From Candidatus Kaiserbacteria bacterium RIFCSPHIGHO2_01_FULL_53_29 (GTDB lineage Bacteria > Patescibacteriota > Minisyncoccia > Phycocordibacterales > UBA2100): 64,000 nucleotides of DNA. The notes under the pieces were generated by a model. The model searched no databases and was not told the origin of the DNA. It saw only the letters and a list, made by a program, of their open reading frames with translations. The DNA is taken from positions 68,040 through 132,039 of the forward strand of contig MFKT01000029.1 in the NCBI GenBank assembly GCA_001781125.1. The letters run 5' to 3'. This document shows, piece by piece, positions 55,973 to 63,760 of this stretch; position 1 is the stretch's first letter; every line of letters starts with the position of its first letter. A program made the position numbers and the translations under genes.

Positions 55973-56983
55973 CTAGAGATTCGAATCCTGAATGAGGAGG
56001 AGCTGGGTTACCCGCGGATGATTCCAGAATGCCGCGAGGAGCCCCAGGACCGCGATCAGGAAGGCAACAAGGGGCATCCAGAGGGCTGCGCGGCACGATA
56101 CCGAGAAGTACCAGAATCCGAGGAGAAGAAGCAGGAGAACGAGGATTATCGTCGCAATACGCTCGGGCGTCCGTGCCCACGGGACAGACATCGGGAATTC
56201 GGCCCAGAGAGCCGCGCCCACGATGAGTGCGTAAAGGACAAGAAGGATGAGCCACAGACGGTAGGCGCTGGCATCAGAGGCGCAGATGCTCTTGAACGTG
56301 TTCTGCATAGTGCCGACGACGGAAGAGGTCGGTGTGGCGCTTACCGTCTCCGCCTCTTGCGAAGACGAGGCTGAAGACAGCGTGTCCGAGTCGGTCGCGG
56401 TCGTGTCGGAGGTCGGCGTAGTATTATCGGAGCCGGACGTGTTGGAAAAATTCGAGTAGGTACTCCCGCTATACGTTACCGGAGTCGCAGGAGGTGTTTG
56501 CGTGATCGGAGAGCTTCCCCCACCAATCGGTCCCGAGCCGACGCTCATCGATACAACAGCTGCGCACACCGGCTGGCCCGTGCGAGCCGAGAACAGCGTC
56601 ACCCGCAGTGGCAGCGTGCCCCTGATGGGGGTCGTAGCGATATCCACGTGCACACGAACAACACCAGAAGCCTCTACGCGGCGCGTCATTAGGACAAACG
56701 GGAGGGGCGTGTTCCCTACCGATCCCAAAAGTGCTACGTACGAGGCATCCGGAATCGTGAATTCGAAGGAATGGAGGGCCCCATTGTAGATATACGGCGT
56801 GAAATCTTTGGCAGATAGAGCGGCACAGGTGTTGGACCCAGGCGGCAGAACCTGCTGCGTCTGCGTCGGGATCTCAAGCGCGGAGACCTTCATAGGGAAA
56901 GCACTCAAAGAAACAAAAAGAGCACTCGTCGCGAGAACAAGAAGGAGCAGTTGATAAGTCGCACTTCGCACGCTGTCTTTCAT
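55973..56983 (-). CDS. Secreted/membrane-anchored protein of unknown function with a C-terminal multi-TM tail
   Basis: Start at MKDSVRSATYQLLLLVLATSALFVSLSA (signal). S/T-rich middle, hydrophobic C-terminus. The last 14 codons are encoded by tRNA-like remnant sequence. Confidence 0.5.
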   Translation of the reverse strand: MKDSVRSATYQLLLLVLATSALFVSLSAFPMKVSALEIPTQTQQVLPPGSNTCAALSAKDFTPYIYNGALHSFEFTIPDASYVALLGSVGNTPLPFVLMTRRVEASGVVRVHVDIATTPIRGTLPLRVTLFSARTGQPVCAAVVSMSVGSGPIGGGSSPITQTPPATPVTYSGSTYSNFSNTSGSDNTTPTSDTTATDSDTLSSASSSQEAETVSATPTSSVVGTMQNTFKSICASDASAYRLWLILLVLYALIVGAALWAEFPMSVPWARTPERIATIILVLLLLLLGFWYFSVSCRAALWMPLVAFLIAVLGLLAAFWNHPRVTQLLLIQDSNL

Positions 56984-57169
56984 ATGGGGCCAAACTAGTC
57001 TATAGGTGGCGTTGTCGTCAAGGAAAATGCGTGTTGTAAACAGGCATTTTAGAAAGTGGTTGAGCCATAAAATTCTAAAGGACAAACAATCTGCATGCCT
57101 CGCCTACACTGTCAAGATCGGTAGTGCCGGAAAAAAGCACAGAAGACAAAGATCTTTTAAAGCACAAAC

Positions 57170-57198
57170 TGTGGACAACTCTGTGGACATGTGGATAA
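57170..57198. promoter_or_regulatory. Three tandem DnaA-box motifs (TGTGGACAA, TGTGGACAT, TGTGGATAA) in an AT-rich 375-bp intergenic region
   Basis: Direct reading of the sequence aactgtggacaactctgtggacatgtggataaagg. The third box is the perfect consensus. Confidence 0.55.
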
Positions 57199-57346
57199 AG
57201 GACAAGCTGAAGATGAAGAGATGTCCGTTCGGATTCTTCAAAGTGAGCTTTTGAGCCATATTTCTTTATATTACGTTATGAACAGTAATGGACTGTGTCC
57301 TCAAAAGTATGTTACTTAAGTAACATAATCCAGACGTTTCGCGTGA

Positions 57347-57425
57347 ACCCCGTTAGAAGCCTCTAAATCTTGGTAAAATGATAAAAACCCAGGATAGTGA
57401 GGTTTATGGAGCTTCTAACGGGGTG
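57347..57425. repeat. ACCCCGTTAGAAGC / GCTTCTAACGGGGTG inverted-repeat element upstream of yraN
   Basis: Arms identical to the pcrA copy. 50-nt AT-rich spacer. Ends 36 nt before the yraN start. Confidence 0.8.
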
Positions 57426-57460
57426 AAAAGTCCATCAAGTGTGCTATTATTCACAGGATT

Positions 57461-57862
57461 ATGGCAGATGATCGCTTACGCAAGGAGGTAGGGAGGCTTG
57501 GTGAAGACATTGCTTGCCAATTTCTCGAGAGAAAGGGCTTCAAAATACTGGCTCGGAACTACAGAAAACCTTGGGGGGAGATAGATATTATCGCGGAAAA
57601 GAATAATTCAGTCAGATTTGTCGAGGTAAAGGCAGTTTCACGTGAAAGCTTGCCAAATGGTTCACGTGAAATGGATTACCGACCTGAGGAGATGGTTGAC
57701 TCTAGGAAGCTTAGAAAACTAGCCCGGACAGCAGCTCTATACATGGAAGTCCAGAAAGACAAGCGCGAATTCCAAATAGATGTTGTTGGGGTGATCATGG
57801 TTATGGCAAAGAGGACCGCGCGCTGCCGACTTTTTGAGCAGGCACTGGAAGGTAATCTATAA
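57461..57862 (+). CDS. yraN: YraN/UPF0102-family endonuclease-fold protein
   Basis: GEDIACQFLERKGFKILARNYRKPWGEIDIIAEKNNSVRFVEVK matches the YraN restriction-endonuclease-like fold. Confidence 0.8.
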   Translation: MADDRLRKEVGRLGEDIACQFLERKGFKILARNYRKPWGEIDIIAEKNNSVRFVEVKAVSRESLPNGSREMDYRPEEMVDSRKLRKLARTAALYMEVQKDKREFQIDVVGVIMVMAKRTARCRLFEQALEGNL

Positions 57863-58007
57863 AAGACAATGATGTCCGATAGAATGTCCTTTAGAATCTG
57901 TGCTAGTATGTTTGGGTTTTCGGGCCGTCGTATACCCCAGTAGTAGAACGCTTTGCGTTCACTACGGGGCATGCCGCCAGTCGTTTGCATGGGGAGATGT
58001 TCTTTGT

Positions 58008-58078
58008 CGGGGCGTAGTATACCGGTAGTACGCTTGCTTTGGGAGCAAGTAGACCGAGTCCGATTCTCGGCGCCCCGA
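58008..58078 (+). tRNA. tRNA-Pro (anticodon TGG), embedded in a 17-bp perfect inverted repeat
   Basis: Acceptor CGGGGCG/CGCCCCG, D-arm GTAT-ACCGGTA-GTAC, anticodon stem CTTGC/GCAAG with loop TTTGGGA, T-arm CCGAG-TCCGATT-CTCGG, discriminator A. Flanks gagatgttctttgtcgggg / ccccgacaaagaacatctc are reverse complements. Confidence 0.7.
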
Positions 58079-58123
58079 CAAAGAACATCTCCAGCAGTCT
58101 GGGGGACTGCTGTGGCCACGAAG

Positions 58124-58190
58124 TGGAAATAGACCGAGTCCCCCGCCGTCGCTAAAAGCTATGGCGGACAAGGGATTCTCGGCGCCCCGA
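58124..58190 (+). repeat. Partial duplicate of the tRNA-Pro 3' half, interrupted by a 32-nt palindromic insertion in the T-loop
   Basis: tagaccgagtcc[cccgccgtcgctaaaagctatggcggacaagg]gattctcggcgccccga. Outside the brackets it is identical to tRNA-Pro positions 50-73. Confidence 0.6.
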
Positions 58191-58205
58191 TGATAAGATT
58201 CTCTG

Positions 58206-59066
58206 ATGTGGCTTTCACTTGCGCTCGCGAGCGCCGTACTTCTGGCGGTGCGGCGCATCTATGAGAAGGAACTTACGGCTCGATTCGGGAATTTTTCTCT
58301 AAGTTTCCTTTTGATGATATTTTCGGTACCGCCAGTGCTGGTACTCTTCCTCTTTTTCCCGATCCCGCAAAATATCCAGGCGCTTCCGTGGGAATTTTGG
58401 TGGCCACTCATCGTCATTTGGGTCATCCTGTACCCACTGCAAAATTACCTGCTCTACCGCTCGCTCCGGGAAGGGGAATTGTCGCAAGTGACGCCGGTTT
58501 CCGCATTGCTTCCTGTTTTTAATATCGTTCCGTCGTTCTTTCTTCTACGCGAGCTCCCGACCGTGTTTGGCGCCGTGGGCATCATCACGACGGTCGTCGC
58601 TACCTACCTGCTTCTCACGGATGTCCGCGCTGGCGAAAAGCAGAAATATAACCTTCCAGTGCTTTTTATGATCGGCACCGTGATATGCACCGCCATCGGC
58701 TCCACTCTGGATAAGGTCGCGATCGGAGTTTCCACTCCCGTCTTCTATGTATGCGTGAACATGATAGGCGCTGCGGTCGTGTTCCTTGCGCTTACATATC
58801 TCTATCGTCAGCAGAGTGAGCTTGCCCGGTTCAAAGAGTCTTTCTGGACGTTCGCTTTGCTCGGCGTCGTCATGGCGCTTGCGTTCGTCGCGTTTGCGAG
58901 TGCCTTCGCGCTCGGTCCGACCTCCTATACGCTCGCGATACGCTCCAGCGGATTCATCATCGCGGCGCTTTGGGGCGTCTTTCTTCTGAAGGAAAGTTTT
59001 TCATCGCGTAAAGGAATAGCGTTCGTGCTTTTTGTCGCGGGAACTCTCGCGCTTGCGATCGGGTAG
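58206..59066 (+). CDS. EamA/DMT-superfamily transporter
   Basis: 286 aa with about 10 TM helices and the duplicated EamA-type topology. Confidence 0.7.
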   Translation: MWLSLALASAVLLAVRRIYEKELTARFGNFSLSFLLMIFSVPPVLVLFLFFPIPQNIQALPWEFWWPLIVIWVILYPLQNYLLYRSLREGELSQVTPVSALLPVFNIVPSFFLLRELPTVFGAVGIITTVVATYLLLTDVRAGEKQKYNLPVLFMIGTVICTAIGSTLDKVAIGVSTPVFYVCVNMIGAAVVFLALTYLYRQQSELARFKESFWTFALLGVVMALAFVAFASAFALGPTSYTLAIRSSGFIIAALWGVFLLKESFSSRKGIAFVLFVAGTLALAIG

Positions 59067-59067
59067 A

Positions 59068-60249
59068 TCATTGCGCGATGTATCCCATATAGAGAGCGAT
59101 CAAATTCGGCGATGCGCGCGTATTGAAATCAAGGGCTTGCGCTGCGACGTCGCCGGCAAGGATCGTCGGCAGATCGAATTGTGTCTGGAGGCCGAGATCG
59201 CGACTGATGTAGGAGAGGGTGATCGCGCGCAGATCGCGCGCAGCGGTGGTCTCGCCCTCGCTCGTCGTTGCGATAAGGCCGATGAGGCGTCCCCATGCGT
59301 TTACGACGGCGCCGCCGCTCGAGCCGCTCTGGGCTTCAATAACGCCTCCGAGTGAGAGGAGATCGACCGACCGTGTCGCGAATGTCAGAAGCTGCCCGAT
59401 CGTCGTTAGAGAAGATGCGCTATACAGATTGAATTGTGCCGCCTGACTGCCGAGAAATTCTGCCGGATAGCTTGCGACCACGACCTGATCACCCTGGAAT
59501 CCGATCGCCTCGCGCGTGTCAAAGGGAAGGGAAGGGAATCCCAGAGAGAGCGGAGTAAACGCCGCTCCGTCGAGGGAGGTTGTAATGAGGAGCAATGCGT
59601 AGTCATGTTCACCGGTCCCGGTGGGTCTGGCCGCTTTGATCTCCACCGCATGCGCCCCCACCCATACGGGGGGAATGTAGAGGATCTCTGCGCTCCAACG
59701 GGCGACTGCCGGCGAGCCGGTACGGACGACACACGAGAGATTTATCTCGGGACTCTTCGAGAGCAGGACGTATTGCGCGACGTGTGCATTGGTAAGGATA
59801 ACGCCGCGCGGATCGATGATGACGCCGGAGCCTGAAATGGGCGGCAGCGTTCCTCCTGTGCGTGGCATGCACAGAATATTGACGAGTGCCGCGCGCGTCG
59901 CGTCGTTCACTGTTGCGAACGATTGAGGGGGGAAGGGGTACGGGTCCGCTATGCGGACGGCCTCCTCCGCAGGTTCTTTTTTTGCGACGGGCTTTTGCGT
60001 AATTGGTTTCGGGCTGCTTTTGACCGCACTTGCAACAGCCGCATGCGCGGGTTTTGTCGATGTCGCGGCAGCGGGTGGCGCTTCCAGTTTGGCCCGCACT
60101 ATTGCTGTTTGCGCGCTTGTACTCGCCGATGACGCGGCCGGCTGTGTCGCAACACCGTTTGGTCCCCGGTGCACAAGGAAAAAGAACCCGCCGAATATGA
60201 GTACCAGCGCCGCGAGATGGGAGAGGAAGGATTGGGAGCGAGGGGACAT
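59068..60249 (-). CDS. Trypsin-like (S1) serine protease, membrane-anchored
   Basis: Start at MSPRSQSFLSHLAALVLIFGGFFFL (TM). His in LTNAHV, Asp in DYALL, Ser in GSSGGAVV. Confidence 0.75.
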   Translation of the reverse strand: MSPRSQSFLSHLAALVLIFGGFFFLVHRGPNGVATQPAASSASTSAQTAIVRAKLEAPPAAATSTKPAHAAVASAVKSSPKPITQKPVAKKEPAEEAVRIADPYPFPPQSFATVNDATRAALVNILCMPRTGGTLPPISGSGVIIDPRGVILTNAHVAQYVLLSKSPEINLSCVVRTGSPAVARWSAEILYIPPVWVGAHAVEIKAARPTGTGEHDYALLLITTSLDGAAFTPLSLGFPSLPFDTREAIGFQGDQVVVASYPAEFLGSQAAQFNLYSASSLTTIGQLLTFATRSVDLLSLGGVIEAQSGSSGGAVVNAWGRLIGLIATTSEGETTAARDLRAITLSYISRDLGLQTQFDLPTILAGDVAAQALDFNTRASPNLIALYMGYIAQ

Positions 60250-60337
60250 TTCCTGAATATACGCTCTAACCCAAGATGACTCAAGTTTTCCACAACCGGA
60301 CTCTCGACTATGGTTTGTACTGTTATAGCATTCAAGA

Positions 60338-61021
60338 GTGACAAGAATTGCTGCAAAAATTGCTGCCACTGAATTGAGAAAAGCAGGACATTCGTATAAT
60401 CGGATATCTGAACTCTTGGGTATTTCAAAAAGTACATTAAGTGGATGGCTTCCTGATATTCCATACACCCCAAATAAGGAAACGATAGCTCGAATTGGCA
60501 AGGCCCTAGCTGCTTCAGGGGCTGCTAAAAGCAAAATAAAAAGAGAATCCATTGAGCTCGCCCGGAAAACTGCGCACGGGGAAATTGGAAAACTGACGAA
60601 ACGCGATCTTCATATGCTTGGTCTCGGCCTTTACATAGGGGAAGGTATGAAATCGACTCAAATTACTCGTTTCGTTAATTCTAATCCGGCGATCGTGAAA
60701 ATCATCATCCGATGGTTTGTTGATGTCATTGGATTGCGGAGGGAAAATTTTACCATACGTATCCATTTGTATCCTGATTCTAATGTGCGGAAAAGTTTGC
60801 AGTTCTGGTCCGAAACAACTAACATTCCCCTTAGTCAGTTCCAGAAGACCCAGATTGACCGACGCGTAAACAAAAAAGCCTTTAAGGCGGGAAAGTTGCC
60901 GCACGGCACTGCTCACCTAACGATTCGTGCCCTCGCCGAGAAACGTTTTGGCGTTTTTCTTGCAAGGAGAATACTAGGCTGGTCAGATGTTGTCTTGGGA
61001 ACGAATGATCTGCGGGCGTAG
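60338..61021 (+). CDS. HTH plus LAGLIDADG-like homing-endonuclease-family protein; stop codon lies inside tRNA-Gly(TCC)
   Basis: HTH SYNRISELLGISKSTLSGWL. GLYIGEGMKSTQITRFVNSNPAIVKIIIRWFVDVIGL. Shares LYxGEGxK, (I/L)YPD and (Y/F)WS(T/E)T(S/T)NI blocks with the paralog at 55200..55901. Confidence 0.6.
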   Translation: MTRIAAKIAATELRKAGHSYNRISELLGISKSTLSGWLPDIPYTPNKETIARIGKALAASGAAKSKIKRESIELARKTAHGEIGKLTKRDLHMLGLGLYIGEGMKSTQITRFVNSNPAIVKIIIRWFVDVIGLRRENFTIRIHLYPDSNVRKSLQFWSETTNIPLSQFQKTQIDRRVNKKAFKAGKLPHGTAHLTIRALAEKRFGVFLARRILGWSDVVLGTNDLRA

Positions 61022-61082
61022 TTTAGTGGTAAAATACGACACTTCCAATGTTGTGTCGCGAGTTCGATTCTCGCCGCCCGCA
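61012..61082 (+). tRNA. tRNA-Gly (anticodon TCC)
   Basis: GCGGGCGTAGTTTAGTGGTAAAATACGACACTTCCAATGTTGTGTCGCGAGTTCGATTCTCGCCGCCCGCA: canonical cloverleaf with anticodon loop CTTCCAA. Confidence 0.8.
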
Positions 61083-61327
61083 CAAAAACACAAAACCGCC
61101 AAGGAGCCCGGAAAACCACTCGCCTCGCTGAAGTTTCGGCGAAGCGGGTCGGCTCTTACCATTCAGAGGTGTGCGCTTCGCGCACTCATTTTGTGATTTT
61201 GGGAAAAAGGAATTTTCGGGCATGCGATTCAACTCAACTTCTATTTTGTCCTGAGCTTGCTATATTTTTGGTTCTCAGATATTCTCGACTCGAACTAATC
61301 TTTCCGAAACCGAAGGAGGGTTGAAAG

Positions 61328-61939
61328 ATGTTCCGTTCTCTGAAATTCACAGCACTTTCGAAGCCGGTCGTCGTCCATTCACAATGGGACAACGAGCGGA
61401 AGGTCTGCACGCTCCGCATCGTTAGCGACGTGAACGATGCAATCGACTTGTCGTCCAAGTTGCCGCTCAAGGAAGCGGAGGCGTTCAACAAGGTGCGCTA
61501 CGTCCTCAAGCATTCGGACAAGCGCGGCATCGTCCAACTCGAAGGCAACGTTGGAATGGTGCTCACGAACCAGCTTGTGCAGTACCACGACACCACCGGA
61601 CAGTACACGCATGACGCCAAGGAACCCGAACTGTTCGGAACTTGGGGGACGCTCGAAATGGACGGCCGCGGTCGTCCAACCTACATGTGGTGGCACGGCG
61701 ATGGCGGATACCGCGTCGAGACCGTCAACTCCAAAGAACAAGCGGAGGAGTTGATTAAAAGACTGACGTGGTTGGGAAAAGGGCGACAAGAAACGCTCCT
61801 CGACCAAACTAGAACATGGTGGAGCAACGCCCGTTCCACGTCCGACAAGCCTCATCGCATCGATGGTGCGGCCGCCGAGCTTCTCTGCAAGGCCAGTGTC
61901 ATTGCGAAGATGTGGGAGGAGAGACGCGCCATGGCGTAG
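61328..61939 (+). CDS. Hypothetical Trp-rich protein
   Basis: 203 aa. Strong SD gaaggaggg 8 nt upstream of the ATG. No family assignment. Confidence 0.5.
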   Translation: MFRSLKFTALSKPVVVHSQWDNERKVCTLRIVSDVNDAIDLSSKLPLKEAEAFNKVRYVLKHSDKRGIVQLEGNVGMVLTNQLVQYHDTTGQYTHDAKEPELFGTWGTLEMDGRGRPTYMWWHGDGGYRVETVNSKEQAEELIKRLTWLGKGRQETLLDQTRTWWSNARSTSDKPHRIDGAAAELLCKASVIAKMWEERRAMA

Positions 61940-62242
61940 TCGGCGGTTCCTCCGGCGCCGAATCAAGCAGGGTCCTGCTGTGATGAACCGCGGGACTCGT
62001 TTTTTGAAAGAACTATTGTGCGTGCTTTGCACGCTCTCGAATTTAGTCCGCCACGTTCTTCGCTAAAGCTACGAAGTGCGAAGCAAAGAAAAAATTGATA
62101 TTGTCCCCGGGACCATAACGCTTCGCGTTAGCTACGGGGCAGGCAGCGGTGCGGCTTCCCTCCTTCGCTAAAGCTTCGGACGGGCGCGGCGCGCTGATGC
62201 AAGTATTCGGCACACTTCGACAAGCTCAGTGCAGGCAGGAAC

Positions 62243-62270
62243 ACAAAAACCGCCCTCGGGCGGTTTTTGT
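62243..62270. terminator. Bidirectional Rho-independent terminator after hup
   Basis: aaaaaccgccc-tcg-gggcggttttt: a perfect GC-rich stem flanked by A- and T-tracts. Confidence 0.8.
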
Positions 62271-62289
62271 GTTCTCGAGAAACGGGATG

Positions 62290-62568
62290 CTATCCTTTGA
62301 CCGCGTCCTTCAAGGTCTTGGAAGCGCGGAACTTCGGCACTCGCATCGCCTTGATCTGGATCGTGGCCCCTGTGCGCGGGTTGCGCCCCGTGCGGCCGGC
62401 CCGCATCTTCGCTTGGAAGATACCGAGGCCTGCGACCGAGACCTCGTCACCCTTCTTCAGGGTGTCGGTGATCATCGCGATGATCGACTCCACTGCGCGC
62501 TCCGCGTCTGCCTTTGTGCTGCCGATCGTTGAGGCAACCTTCTCCACCAAATCCATTTTATTTGCCAT
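62290..62568 (-). CDS. hup: DNA-binding protein HU
   Basis: 92 aa. MANKMDLVEKVA ... GLGIFQAKMRAGRTGRNPRTGATIQIKAMRVPKFRASKTLK matches the HU/IHF arm signature. Confidence 0.85.
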   Translation of the reverse strand: MANKMDLVEKVASTIGSTKADAERAVESIIAMITDTLKKGDEVSVAGLGIFQAKMRAGRTGRNPRTGATIQIKAMRVPKFRASKTLKDAVKG

Positions 62569-62656
62569 ATATTTTTTCGTTGTGTGATTATTAAATAATT
62601 ATGTATACGCACTCGACCTCTGTCCGACCATTTTGAGCCGTATTTTCCTGCTGTCA

Positions 62657-62776
62657 ACCCCGTTAGAGATCGCGTGCGCAAGTTGCAATTATGTCAAATG
62701 TGGCCTGAAATATACACATCTTATTGGATGACGCAGTGCGCATTTTGGAGGCACGCGCCCTATCTCTAACGGGGTC
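62657..62776. repeat. ACCCCGTTAGAGAT / ATCTCTAACGGGGT inverted-repeat element upstream of hup
   Basis: Perfect 14-bp terminal inverted repeats with a 92-nt spacer. Lies between the TrmB-like regulator stop and the hup promoter. Confidence 0.8.
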
Positions 62777-62849
62777 AATTGACAAACGTCCACAATCCAC
62801 AGCATATAAGCCGCGAAATAACCACCAAAAATATGGCTCAAAATCTAGT

Positions 62850-63602
62850 TTAAACACCTTTCTCCCACACTACCTGAAAGATCTGCCGCATGGCATCGGC
62901 AGTCTGCTTGTTGTCGATAATAGTCGCTTGCTCACGGGTCTCATCGAGGATGCGAATGAAGTCCTCCGCTATCTCAATGGTAGTCGTCGGCGGGTAATCG
63001 TATTTCTCGAGCAGCCGGATCTCAATGTCTTCCCCCGCCTTTGCGAGGTCAAAAATATCCTTGTAGTACTTTCCGCCTCCTTCCTTGGCCATGATTATCT
63101 TGAAACCGACATCTGCCGCAACGGCTTTGCGATCCCATTTGCTATACGCCTCCTTGATCTCTTTGCTTCCGCCCGCCAGCACGCTATAGAACGAGTGATA
63201 TGTCTTCCCGCGCATCGTCTCGAACTTGAAACCGAGCGCCTGAATGAATCCGTTCAGACCGTTGAAGAAATATACGCTTGACGGTGGCCCGCTTCCGAGC
63301 GCATGCAGTTTTGGAATAATCGACTGCGCCGTTTTAAGCCGATTTTCTTGCTCGCGCAGATACCCGCCCAGATCACTCGCTGAAAAAAGGGCCTTTTTTG
63401 CGTGAGGTATCTTCAGCACGAGCCCCTTTTTGCGTAGGTCTTCCAAAATAACGTATACCGTTGGTTTTTTTACCTCACACTGCTGTGCAATTTGGTATGC
63501 CGTTCCGGTCTCGAGGGAAAGAAGTGCCACATATACAACGGCCTCCTTTTCGGTAAGACCGACTTGCCTAAGCGTAGTCGTCAGTTCGTCATTTATCACC
63601 AC
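62850..63602 (-). CDS. TrmB-family transcriptional regulator (second copy)
   Basis: N-terminal wHTH LRQVGLTEKEAVVYVALLSLETGTAYQIAQQCEVKKPTVYVILEDLRKKGLV. 250 aa. Confidence 0.7.
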   Translation of the reverse strand: MVINDELTTTLRQVGLTEKEAVVYVALLSLETGTAYQIAQQCEVKKPTVYVILEDLRKKGLVLKIPHAKKALFSASDLGGYLREQENRLKTAQSIIPKLHALGSGPPSSVYFFNGLNGFIQALGFKFETMRGKTYHSFYSVLAGGSKEIKEAYSKWDRKAVAADVGFKIIMAKEGGGKYYKDIFDLAKAGEDIEIRLLEKYDYPPTTTIEIAEDFIRILDETREQATIIDNKQTADAMRQIFQVVWEKGV

Positions 63603-63760
63603 AAGACTACTATAGCTCGCGCACCAAAAGAGTCAATATTTCTGACTAATATATATAAAGTCCTTTATATTAAGCATATATTATCACATTTGCGTTAACG
63701 GTTTTTGACTATCTCAGATTTCGTTGTACTTTGCTCTACACGCAACTGTTCTTTGAAAAG

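Noticed and set aside
55905-56015. Possible additional tRNA genes upstream of the LAGLIDADG-like ORF
   Set aside because: T-arm-like (GGGGGTTCGATTCC, GAGATTCGAATCC) and acceptor-like (GCGGGTA) segments are present, but no complete cloverleaf can be folded. Treated as tRNA-derived remnants only.
57006-57254. 82-aa plus-strand ORF covering the DnaA-box cluster
   Set aside because: Lys-rich translation of an AT-rich intergenic region. The DnaA-box motif cluster is the more parsimonious feature.
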